IMG/VR virus record: IMGVR_UViG_3300020385_000016
Span: 1 to 59,824 of that record
Length of the DNA stretch: 59,824 nt
Strand: one strand, 5' to 3'
Origin: a virus
Lineage: Duplodnaviria > Caudoviricetes
The translations under genes and the position numbers were made by a program. The notes under the pieces were generated by a model. The model was not told where the DNA came from and ran no database searches. It worked only from the letters and a program-made list of their open reading frames with translations. Below, piece by piece: positions 1-7,514 of the stretch (positions within the stretch are counted from its first letter, which is position 1; every line of letters begins with the position of its first letter).

Positions 1-141
1 TGGATCTGGGGTCAAGTTATTTGTAAGACGATACAGGTTGCAATCTGGTAATTTGATCAATGCCCCTATTAGTGCTGGATGTACTAGAACAACCCAGTGT
101 GAAGAGGGGCTGAAAAATTTTTCTCTAAAAAAAATAAAGCA

Positions 142-169
142 CAAGCTTCAAGCTTCAAGCCGCAAGCCG
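142..169 (+). repeat. CAAGCNN heptamer tandem array 1 (4 copies)
   Basis: CAAGCTT CAAGCTT CAAGCCG CAAGCCG read directly. Confidence 0.9.
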
Positions 170-230
170 CACAACTTATAGTTGTATTGTTTTTTCCTAT
201 ATACCCTACGCCAACCCCAACCACCTGCCA

Positions 231-259
231 AGTGTATCATATAATCCCATAAGTGTCAA
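231..259 (-). promoter_or_regulatory. sigma70-like leftward promoter with TATGGGA motif in the spacer
   Basis: minus strand TTGACA-CTTATGGGATTATATGA(17)-TACACT. Confidence 0.75.
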
Positions 260-292
260 GAAGTTTATTTATACTTATACACAAAAAAGTTC

Positions 293-321
293 TTGACAAA
301 TACATATATATGGGATATTAT
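293..321 (+). promoter_or_regulatory. sigma70-like rightward promoter with TATGGGA motif
   Basis: TTGACA-17 nt ending ATGGGA-TATTAT; upstream of an AAGGA RBS and ATG 353. Confidence 0.75.
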
Positions 322-352
322 GATATATTATTAATCTAACAAAAAGGAAAAT

Positions 353-556
353 ATGAAAGTAAAAATAAACATTGAGTGGAGAAAAAAAGAAGAGCCGGGT
401 TTAGATCCAGAATTTCTGGTGAGAACAGCTCTTAAATCTGCTGGTTACCACGTTGGGCATATTGAGGTCCAGGGCATGTGGTGCGAAGATAAACCAAAAT
501 TTGCTCACGGACCGTGGGATGAGACCAGACTTCCGCATGAAGAGATTGCTAAGTGA
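353..556 (+). CDS. hypothetical early protein
   Basis: ORF with RBS (AAAGGAAAAT-ATG) behind a promoter. Confidence 0.75.
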   Translation: MKVKINIEWRKKEEPGLDPEFLVRTALKSAGYHVGHIEVQGMWCEDKPKFAHGPWDETRLPHEEIAK

Positions 557-729
557 GGAGAATTAAACACAACGACTTGCTGCCATGGTTTACACAGGAC
601 CATGGCCAGCTGCCGGCTTCATACCTGAAGAGCACCCAGAAATTTTTTAATGAGCTACAAGCCACAAGCTACAAGCCACAAGCTACAAGCTTGACAAATC
701 AACTGGGAAAATATAAGAAGAATATATGA
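553..729 (+). CDS. small hypothetical protein (58 aa, GTG start; not in ORF track)
   Basis: GTGA overlap with the upstream stop and ATGA overlap with the downstream start; MRRIKHNDLLPWF... Confidence 0.5.
   Translation: MRRIKHNDLLPWFTQDHGQLPASYLKSTQKFFNELQATSYKPQATSLTNQLGKYKKNI
658..692 (+). repeat. CAAGCNN heptamer array 2 (5 copies) running into a TTGACA
   Basis: CAAGCCA CAAGCTA CAAGCCA CAAGCTA CAAGCTT. Confidence 0.9.
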
Positions 730-1343
730 ATATAAAACAAAGTAAAAAAATAATAATATCACTATCGAAGCCAGACAAAATGCCTGGTTACGCTTACGGC
801 CTACCGGCCCCCGCATGTAAGACTGGCGCTAAGCTGGTAAACATAAAGGGCAGCGTATGTTCAGGCTGTTATGCTTTAAAAAATAATTACGTAAGATTTC
901 CGGCTATCATGGCGTCCCAGTACAAACGCCTGGCCTCCATCAGTAGACCTGAATGGGTCGAAGCAATGGCCGTAGTTATTAATTCAAAGGCTGTATCTCA
1001 ACATGGTTATTTTAGATGGCACGACGCCGGCGATATACAAAGCCCTGAACACCTGCAAAAGATTTTTGAAGTGTGTAAGCTCACGCCTTCAGTGAAGCAT
1101 TGGATGCCAACACGCGAAGCGCAATTTTTAAAAGATATAGATCCTGCACAGGTCCCTGACAATCTAATCATAAGAATGTCCAGTCATATGATTGATCAAG
1201 GCCCGGTGACCTTCTGGCCCCACACGTCGACCGTTGGAAGCTCAACACGTACATGTCCAGCACCTGACCAGGGCGGCAAGTGTGGCAGCTGTAGAACCTG
1301 CTGGGACAGAAAAATTCCTAATATAGAATATGGCAAACATTAA
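726..1343 (+). CDS. phage Gp88-like Cys-rich protein (possible Fe-S protein)
   Basis: LSKPDKMPG, C...CSGCYA, FRWHDAGD and C-terminal CP...CGSCRTCW resemble the GP88 family. Confidence 0.7.
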   Translation: MNIKQSKKIIISLSKPDKMPGYAYGLPAPACKTGAKLVNIKGSVCSGCYALKNNYVRFPAIMASQYKRLASISRPEWVEAMAVVINSKAVSQHGYFRWHDAGDIQSPEHLQKIFEVCKLTPSVKHWMPTREAQFLKDIDPAQVPDNLIIRMSSHMIDQGPVTFWPHTSTVGSSTRTCPAPDQGGKCGSCRTCWDRKIPNIEYGKH

Positions 1344-1530
1344 AGATTCACCAGAGATAGAAGCGCTCCACAATGAGTGGTGCGTGGAGAACGGTTATCC
1401 AATCCGCAAGCGTCAAGCGCGTCGACCTGGAAGGCCAAAGCTACAAGCGTCAAGCTGCAAGCTGCAAGCAAAGGACCTGCACGCGGACAACAGTGCGCGC
1501 TTCGTTAAGAATGCAAAGCGGCCAGTTTAG
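1330..1530 (+). CDS. hypothetical protein containing heptamer array 3
   Basis: ORF overlapping the upstream stop. Confidence 0.55.
   Translation: MANIKDSPEIEALHNEWCVENGYPIRKRQARRPGRPKLQASSCKLQAKDLHADNSARFVKNAKRPV
1407..1471 (+). repeat. CAAGCNN heptamer array 3
   Basis: two copies at 1407-1420 and 4-5 copies at 1437-1471. Confidence 0.85.
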
Positions 1531-1544
1531 AATGATTCTAAACT
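1524..1544. promoter_or_regulatory. perfect palindrome matching the Irr iron control element (ICE)
   Basis: AG-TTTAGAA-TGA-TTCTAAA-CT; core equals TTTAGAA-N3-TTCTAAA. Confidence 0.55.
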
Positions 1545-1556
1545 AGATTTTTTTTA

Positions 1557-1601
1557 AAAGCGGCAAGCGGCAAGCGTCAACAAGCGTCAAGCGTCAAGCG
1601 G
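1557..1601 (+). repeat. CAAGCNN heptamer array 4 (5-6 copies)
   Basis: AAAGCGG CAAGCGG CAAGCGT caa CAAGCGT CAAGCGT CAAGCGG. Confidence 0.85.
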
Positions 1602-1964
1602 AGTGTTGATCAACACTCGCTGGATGTGGTCCCAATCGTTCTGGGCCACGCACGGCGTATCTCTGTGATCTAACAGTAGACCGTGGATCGATTTACTCTC
1701 ATAAAGTTTTATGGAGCGAGAAGAGGTATCTTCGAGCAGGATGAAATTACGATTTGTTCTGGTCATATGAAATAGTTTTTGATGTGGACTGAAGCTTATT
1801 TTTGGAGCTCTAGCAATCTTAAGCTCAACCATAAAAAAACCACAGCTATCTTGATAACCAAGCAAATCAGGTACACCAAAAGATGCCCAAGATTCGAGTC
1901 TAGTCCATTTAATTTTACTAGTGTTTTTCTTTACTTTTTGCCAAAGTTTTGTCTCGGGTTTCAC
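1587..1964 (-). CDS. PD-(D/E)XK nuclease, VRR-NUC/Holliday junction resolvase-like
   Basis: E(4), GVPDL, VELK and SPHQ motifs. Confidence 0.8.
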   Translation of the reverse strand: MKPETKLWQKVKKNTSKIKWTRLESWASFGVPDLLGYQDSCGFFMVELKIARAPKISFSPHQKLFHMTRTNRNFILLEDTSSRSIKLYESKSIHGLLLDHRDTPCVAQNDWDHIQRVLINTPLDA

Positions 1965-2013
1965 CAGAATTTACCGTTTGTCATTTTGGTCAATATATAC
2001 TAAAATAAGGCAA

Positions 2014-2496
2014 ATGACTCAAGATAAAAGACTTACAGAACAACAACGTAAATTTGCAGAATTACTAGTTTATAATGAAGGCAGGCTATCACCAGCCGAA
2101 GCAGCCTATCAAGCAGGGTATAAAACAAGAGCAAGACAAGCAGCATCAGAGATGCGTAATGCTAAATATTTCCCATTGGTTGTCACATATATTGGTGAGT
2201 TAAGAAGAGAAGTACAAGAGAAGAATCAAATTACTGTTGAAAGACATCTTACTGAACTAGCAAAATTAAGAGATGAAGCACAGAAGAAAGGTGCTTGGTC
2301 AGCAGCTATAAATGCTGAAGTTGCTAGAGGTAAAGCAGGTGGATTATATGTAGATCAAAAACTTATTATGACAGGTAATCTAGACAATATGTCAGAGAAA
2401 GAACTAGAAGCCAAGATGGCTAAAATTCTAGATGATCATAAAAATTTGATTGATGTTACCCCTGAAGGTATTGAAGATAAATCACAACAAGCATAA
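2014..2496 (+). CDS. terS: terminase small subunit-like HTH protein
   Basis: LTEQQRKFAELL...AEAAYQAGYK...ASEMRN resembles the Terminase_2 N-terminus; ATG 2014 after TAAGG preferred over the 1921 start. Confidence 0.7.
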   Translation: MTQDKRLTEQQRKFAELLVYNEGRLSPAEAAYQAGYKTRARQAASEMRNAKYFPLVVTYIGELRREVQEKNQITVERHLTELAKLRDEAQKKGAWSAAINAEVARGKAGGLYVDQKLIMTGNLDNMSEKELEAKMAKILDDHKNLIDVTPEGIEDKSQQA

Positions 2497-2572
2497 CAAA
2501 CAATACAATTCCTGAATTAGCATTAAAGAACTCGTTTAGTCTTGCGTATAGTGTTTTTATTTTTTGAATCAT
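2456..2572 (-). CDS. small single-TM protein (38 aa), 3' end overlapping terS
   Basis: MIQKIKTLYARLNEFFNANSGIVLFVMLVVIYLQYLQG, hand-translated. Confidence 0.45.
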   Translation of the reverse strand: MIQKIKTLYARLNEFFNANSGIVLFVMLVVIYLQYLQG

Positions 2573-2674
2573 TTTTTGAGAGTTTAGTTGATATACCTTG
2601 AGGGTCTGGTCCTTTCACAGGTGGTATAGACTGCCATTTTACATATGGCATGTTCTTCGTCAAGGTCTTATTCT

Positions 2675-2854
2675 TCACAATACTTTGCCTTTATTTGGCC
2701 CATGTTTAATTCTGTATTTGTGTGTGCCAGTTGCACCAATGTCTACTTCTTCTTTCATAACCTTATTAAGAAAGATTTCATTCCAACCATTTTTATAGGC
2801 TTCGTTGGGTATTCTAGATCTACCGTCGTGTTTTTTACCTTTTTCTTTTTTCAT
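2675..2854 (-). CDS. small hypothetical protein (59 aa)
   Basis: MKKEKGKKHDGRSRIPNEAYKNGWNEIF..., part of a chain of overlapping minus-strand small ORFs at 2450-3410. Confidence 0.55.
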   Translation of the reverse strand: MKKEKGKKHDGRSRIPNEAYKNGWNEIFLNKVMKEEVDIGATGTHKYRIKHGPNKGKVL

Positions 2855-3125
2855 ATAGTTTTTTTAATCTATGTACTTCTTCCCATACTTTATTCTTATA
2901 AGTAACTTTTTTTTCAGTATATGTTGGTTTAACTTCAATTGTCTCATCTACACTAGGTGAACCATAATAGTTAGGAAGATTTTCTTTAGTCATAATAAGC
3001 TTCTCCTGTAGTTAAATCTATCCAACTATATTTGTAACAAAGTCTAGATAATAAATCCCATTGTCCTGTTTCTCTACATTTTTTAGCTATACATTTAATT
3101 CTAAATGTTAATGCTGTTTTTCTCT

Positions 3126-3410
3126 TCATATATATATTTTCTCCATTTTAATTATACACCCTTTTGGAAATACATTTCTATCAGAAAATACTTCCTCTTT
3201 TTCATCGTAAGAAGCAAACGTCCATAAGAACTTATTTGTTTTCTTATATACATAAGCTTGCGTAACCATAACAGCACAACCAAACTTATCAAACTCTTCT
3301 GGAGTTGCATGCCCGGCGTCACCGGTGATGTCCAACCATCGGATAGAATAGAAGTAATACTTCTTCTTGTTAATTACTGCATGTCTGTATTTAGATTTCT
3401 TGGCTGTCAT
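3126..3410 (-). CDS. hypothetical protein
   Basis: ORF with WLDITGDAG motif and phage-like composition. Confidence 0.75.
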   Translation of the reverse strand: MTAKKSKYRHAVINKKKYYFYSIRWLDITGDAGHATPEEFDKFGCAVMVTQAYVYKKTNKFLWTFASYDEKEEVFSDRNVFPKGCIIKMEKIYI

Positions 3411-3502
3411 AATATTATTTTATCATATAAGGGAGATTTTAGGGCAAAAATGTTTTTTTTAAAAACAGAAAACCTCTCGCGCGCCGAATACCAACTTTGA
3501 AA

Positions 3503-3686
3503 CTGTGCCACCTGTGCCACCGTAAAAATCTGCTCTGGCACACCTATTATTCGCTTATACCAACGCTTATAAGCCAAAAACACCCCTTGTGCCACTGTGC
3601 CACCGAAAACTTTTGCTATGACATGAAAAAAAAAATGCTCCAGAATATCTCTTATAGTGGCACACTTTTGCCTTATTGTTGCCACA
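3503..3686. repeat. TGTGCCAC iteron-like cluster (candidate replication origin)
   Basis: direct copies at 3503, 3512, 3587 and 3596, inverted copies at 3535 and 3657, variant at 3679, in a probable non-coding gap. Confidence 0.7.
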
Positions 3687-3920
3687 TTATGTCTTGTTAA
3701 AAGTGATTGATTTGCCAAATAGCCTATCATTGTCATGTTTCAGCACTAATCTTGCCGGATTTGGGTCATTAACTAATACAGACTCCTGTACTTCCATTCT
3801 TCGTAAATCTTCCAAGTGTCCATCTTGGGTCTCAATATATACGTGACAGTCTGATATTGTTGTACCTTTCTGACCGTTAGTAAATTTTTCTAGTATTTGT
3901 TGTAAATCTCTGACTCTCAT
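3687..3920 (-). CDS. hypothetical protein
   Basis: ORF coupled to the exonuclease stop. Confidence 0.75.
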   Translation of the reverse strand: MRVRDLQQILEKFTNGQKGTTISDCHVYIETQDGHLEDLRRMEVQESVLVNDPNPARLVLKHDNDRLFGKSITFNKT

Positions 3921-4612
3921 TAATCTTTTCCTTTCAGTTCATCGTAGTATTGATCCACCTTTTTTAGCCACTGTTGCATATACTTCTTCATCTCAAGTCC
4001 TTGTATTATAAACTCTTGATAGAAGTTATCTTTACTGCACATCATAATCACACCTTTAGATATATTTGTTTTGTGCACATAATTGTGAGCCATTGTATAA
4101 GCAGCTAATTGTATACAATAGTCTTCAATCCATTCTCTCTTCTTTGGTTTATTAGTTTGTTTAAAATCTACAACAGCCATTTCATTTTTATGATTGGCAA
4201 TTAAATCTGTTTGTCCTGCGTATAGGCCTGGATAATATAATACCGTCTCCGATCCGTAATACTCTGTCAAATTACAAAGACCCTGTTCTATTACAACTTT
4301 GGCCATATTGTGTGCTTCCTGACCCACTGTTGTCATGTCCATATAACCTTCTCCTAGGATATACTTCTCTAGAATCTTATGCATTGCTGTGCCTCTAGCA
4401 CCACTAGAAGCCACAATCCGCGCTGCACTGTCCTCTCCCACCCTATTACGCCACGCTTGCAGCGATTCACGCTTCTCTGTCGATTGTGTGGCAGAGAGAA
4501 TAGTCGTTACCGATGGTAGCTTAAATTTACCCGCGTCGATGTCATAGACCCGTTTGCCGTCGACATTGGATCTAACGCATTTTGGATAAATAAATTTATT
4601 ATTATGTTTCAT
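3920..4612 (-). CDS. PD-(D/E)XK exonuclease (RecB/Cas4-like phage exonuclease)
   Basis: LPSVTTIL, RGTAMH, AGQTDL, DFK and QLAAY motifs. Confidence 0.85.
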   Translation of the reverse strand: MKHNNKFIYPKCVRSNVDGKRVYDIDAGKFKLPSVTTILSATQSTEKRESLQAWRNRVGEDSAARIVASSGARGTAMHKILEKYILGEGYMDMTTVGQEAHNMAKVVIEQGLCNLTEYYGSETVLYYPGLYAGQTDLIANHKNEMAVVDFKQTNKPKKREWIEDYCIQLAAYTMAHNYVHKTNISKGVIMMCSKDNFYQEFIIQGLEMKKYMQQWLKKVDQYYDELKGKD

Positions 4613-5316
4613 TTAGTTAAACCTTTTTCAAATTCTTGAAGTAAAGATAACTGTTTTTGTTGTTGTTCTCTTTCACGTTCATAGTTATTCTTACCACCTT
4701 TATAAGTATTAGAGTTTTCATGGAACCATGTTTGTGCGTTAACTACATCATAAACAGCATCGGGATCAGAAGATTGGCCCGCATTGCCAACAGAGTTACC
4801 TTTCGGCGTTGTCCATCTTAAATTTTCTATTCTATAATCTGTTCTATTACCATTGATATGATCTACAACAATATTAGTTTTAGGATCAGGGTTAGGAACA
4901 AAACATAAAGCCACCGTTTTATGAATTGTAATTTCTATTTCTTTTTTCTTCTCTACCACTTTTTTATACATAACCTGTCTAAAATCTTGTTGAGAACGCG
5001 TTTCTTTTACATGATACATTTTTAACATGGGGTAACCTATACTGGCTTTACCTTTTGAAATTGTGCCTGTTAGAATTTTTCTACCATATCCTTTTACGTG
5101 ATAAACAAACGGCCAAATGTTTTCTAAATATTCTTTTCTAACTTTTTCTTTATTTTCACATTTACCAAAAAAATGTGGTCCACCTGTTCTAAAACAAAAA
5201 TATCGATTAGGTTCTACTTCAGATAAAACCGTAGAGACATCAACACCATCTTTTGGGTTAATGTTAGCTAATATTTGTTTGAGTGTATTATCTACTTCTT
5301 TTATTCCTAAATTCAT
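4609..5316 (-). CDS. HNH endonuclease (free-standing, homing-like)
   Basis: IHKTVALCFVPNP...VDHINGNRTDYRIENLRWTTPKGN. Confidence 0.85.
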   Translation of the reverse strand: MNLGIKEVDNTLKQILANINPKDGVDVSTVLSEVEPNRYFCFRTGGPHFFGKCENKEKVRKEYLENIWPFVYHVKGYGRKILTGTISKGKASIGYPMLKMYHVKETRSQQDFRQVMYKKVVEKKKEIEITIHKTVALCFVPNPDPKTNIVVDHINGNRTDYRIENLRWTTPKGNSVGNAGQSSDPDAVYDVVNAQTWFHENSNTYKGGKNNYEREREQQQKQLSLLQEFEKGLTK

Positions 5317-5325
5317 TTATCCTCT

Positions 5326-5640
5326 TTAAAAAATTTTTTTAAATGTTCTCGAAACTTCATTTTCGTTCTGGGAGACACTACGTCTAGTACTCTCTCCCGA
5401 AGAACGCCGAGAGTCGTCGCTAGGTTGCCCATCATCGCTTAGGTTCAGGGAATCGCCAGTGGCAGAATTTGTACCCCTATCTCGGTCAATTATCTTTTTT
5501 CCTTTAAAAAATTTTTCTAGATGTTCTATAAAATCTTTATCTAATTCTTGTTTTTTAGGCATAGGTACATCCGCGTTCCTATACTCTTCTTCCTCTGTCA
5601 TCACTTCTTTTTTAGTTGCTTCGTATAACTCATCGGTCAT
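5326..5640 (-). CDS. hypothetical protein
   Basis: ORF with AGGAAAG RBS; C-terminal frame uncertain. Confidence 0.45.
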   Translation of the reverse strand: MTDELYEATKKEVMTEEEEYRNADVPMPKKQELDKDFIEHLEKFFKGKKIIDRDRGTNSATGDSLNLSDDGQPSDDSRRSSGESTRRSVSQNENEVSRTFKKIF

Positions 5641-5761
5641 TTCTTCTTTCCTCCTGTTAATATTTGTTTAATAACTGTTGTCGTCGGATCTAGTATATCT
5701 CCAGCATCCATAGTGCTACTACAACTTGTTAAAGTTAACGACACCATTATTACTAAAATTT

Positions 5762-5950
5762 TCAAAGAACACCTTTCTCACGTAATTCGTCTGGTGTGAA
5801 TTTATCATCAATCCACAGCTCTCCGGTTCTTTCACAATCATCACACTGTGCGTGTGTCTCTTCTTTTGTTAAATGATAAGGTACTCTGTAAAAACCATTT
5901 CCCTTACATTTTGGACAGAAGATCTTATGCTTTCCCGTTTTTGTAGCCAT
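5762..5950 (-). CDS. DnaJ-type zinc-finger small protein
   Basis: CPKCKGNG ... CDDCERTG. Confidence 0.75.
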   Translation of the reverse strand: MATKTGKHKIFCPKCKGNGFYRVPYHLTKEETHAQCDDCERTGELWIDDKFTPDELREKGVL

Positions 5951-6098
5951 GTTTCTTTGCCTTCTCGTTAATTATACTTTCGATTACTTTACTTATACTT
6001 AACTCTGTGTCTGTTATTATTTTATCTTTCAAGAAATTTGCCTTTTGCCAGGCAGCTCTTGGTACAGATACACTTTTATGTTTAGCTGGATCAGCCAT
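5925..6098 (-). CDS. putative ribbon-helix-helix DNA-binding protein (57 aa; not in ORF track)
   Basis: MADPAKHKSVSVPRAAWQKANFLKDKIITDTELSISKVIESIINEKAKKHG: strand-helix-helix pattern, GAAAGG RBS, own promoter. Confidence 0.6.
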   Translation of the reverse strand: MADPAKHKSVSVPRAAWQKANFLKDKIITDTELSISKVIESIINEKAKKHGYKNGKA

Positions 6099-6135
6099 AT
6101 TATACCTTTCTTTGTTAGTGTTTTCTTCTCATTGA

Positions 6136-6171
6136 TATGGGAAGATATAATAAAATAACAAGGGTTGTCAA
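6136..6171 (-). promoter_or_regulatory. sigma70-like promoter with TATGGGA-type site
   Basis: minus TTGACA-18 nt-TATCTT-CCCATA. Confidence 0.6.
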
Positions 6172-6250
6172 GTAATTTTTTTTAATGTATTCTGTTGTCC
6201 TCTTCTCACACCTTTTGTTTGCCGTGAGCTTTCATAGCTCCGGCAGACAA

Positions 6251-6463
6251 TTAAGTGTTCAAAATGGGTTTACATTCAAACATATAAATCATTCTATCTG
6301 CGTTAACTCGATCAGCTCCTAATTTATGTAGCGTATCAAATCCACGCATATGACCTAACGTTGCGCAATCAAAATAATTGTCGTAAAAGTAATCTTGTTC
6401 AAAAGGTGGCAAACATGTGGCGTAAATTTGTGAACATAAAGTTATAACTAACATAAACTTCAT
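6251..6463 (-). CDS. hypothetical Cys-containing protein
   Basis: likely start at MKFMLVITLC. Confidence 0.6.
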   Translation of the reverse strand: MKFMLVITLCSQIYATCLPPFEQDYFYDNYFDCATLGHMRGFDTLHKLGADRVNADRMIYMFECKPILNT

Positions 6464-6464
6464 G

Positions 6465-6602
6465 TTACCGGCCCTGGCCAGCATAACGTTTAAATGTGCG
6501 CCTTTTATGTTTGTTCATTTTTTGTAAACTAGGTCTACGTCCTAATGATGTTTTGTGATGAATAGGTTCGTGTACAACTTGATCTTTAAATTTTTTAGCC
6601 AT
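6465..6602 (-). CDS. small basic protein (45 aa)
   Basis: MAKKFKDQVVHEPIHHKTSLGRRPSLQKMNKHKRRTFKRYAGQGR, hand-translated. Confidence 0.6.
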   Translation of the reverse strand: MAKKFKDQVVHEPIHHKTSLGRRPSLQKMNKHKRRTFKRYAGQGR

Positions 6603-6816
6603 TGTCTAACTCTGTTAGTTTCATTTTCGAATCTTTATCAACTTTCATATATTTTATGACACCGTTAATTTTTTGCTCTACATCAAAACCACAGTTAGTA
6701 CATCTGAAAAAAGTTCTATGTAATCCTACTAATATTGTATACATTGTACATTCAGGGCAATGACCTGATACAATTTCAGTCTCCAGTGCTATGCTTTTCC
6801 AGTTTTTTTCTGTCAT
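6595..6816 (-). CDS. zinc-ribbon protein
   Basis: CPEC ... CTNC. Confidence 0.7.
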   Translation of the reverse strand: MTEKNWKSIALETEIVSGHCPECTMYTILVGLHRTFFRCTNCGFDVEQKINGVIKYMKVDKDSKMKLTELDNG

Positions 6817-6900
6817 ATTTATTTTTAACCTTAAACACTTTTGAAGTAAAGTGTCTTAATTGTTTTGCAAAAGGATTTCTTTTTTTATTGGGTTTTCTCA

Positions 6901-7134
6901 TTACTCTAAAATTAGAGCTTTAATAGATTTAGATCCGTCAATATTTGTCTCAAGTTCTGCTTTAGATTTAATACATTTGTATTCTATATTTTCTTTTGGA
7001 ATTCTTGTTGCCTCACGCTTATGTTTTAAACATATTGACATTGAGGATTTTCCTGTGTTTGGATCTATCTGTATTCTGTGTTCCTTGATATCTGGTCCTA
7101 TGAACATTAGAAGGGCTACAATGTGCTCGATCAT
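6901..7134 (-). CDS. hypothetical protein
   Basis: ORF coupled to its neighbours. Confidence 0.7.
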   Translation of the reverse strand: MIEHIVALLMFIGPDIKEHRIQIDPNTGKSSMSICLKHKREATRIPKENIEYKCIKSKAELETNIDGSKSIKALILE

Positions 7135-7514
7135 TAGTGTGCTCCGTTCCCGTTTTTTCTAACTTTATCTTTTAAATCTTCTATATCTCTTAAAGCTTTA
7201 TCTAATTGTTCTCTTAAAAATTCTATATTGACTTTGTTAGTCATATTCATTTCTTGAGTCTGCTCCATTTTTTCTACGGTCTTATAAAGATCCTCAATTA
7301 AAAAATGTTGTTCTTGATCGGTCGGGACTTGTTCGGATTTTTTTAGCAAATCATTTTCAAACAGCTCACGTGAAGTTTCTAACGATACTAATCTTGAAGT
7401 CAGCTCTGTATATGCGAATACTCCCATCGCAACAAGCACGATCAAACTAGCAACCGTCTTCATCGGCATCTGCACAGCAGCCGATTCAGATATATCTAAA
7501 GGTTTTTTACTCAT
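7134..7514 (-). CDS. membrane-anchored coiled-coil protein
   Basis: N-terminal TM (VASLIVLVAMGVFAY) followed by coiled coil. Confidence 0.7.
   Translation of the reverse strand: MSKKPLDISESAAVQMPMKTVASLIVLVAMGVFAYTELTSRLVSLETSRELFENDLLKKSEQVPTDQEQHFLIEDLYKTVEKMEQTQEMNMTNKVNIEFLREQLDKALRDIEDLKDKVRKNGNGAH

Noticed and set aside
142-1601. Heptamer arrays as a CRISPR array
   Set aside because: Units are 7 bp tandem with no unique spacers and no cas operon; the exonuclease at 3920 is a standard phage PD-(D/E)XK enzyme
1921-2013. N-terminal extension of the terS ORF
   Set aside because: Overlaps the divergent nuclease gene; ATG 2014 has a better RBS and matches the domain start
3407-3736. ORFs 3407..3736 (-), 3258..3500 (+) and 3497..3700 (+)
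   Set aside because: Translations reflect the TGTGCCAC repeats and overlap real genes; the region is probably non-coding
6220-6245. Hairpin as an intrinsic terminator
   Set aside because: The stem is real but is followed by an A-rich rather than U-rich tract on the transcribed minus strand
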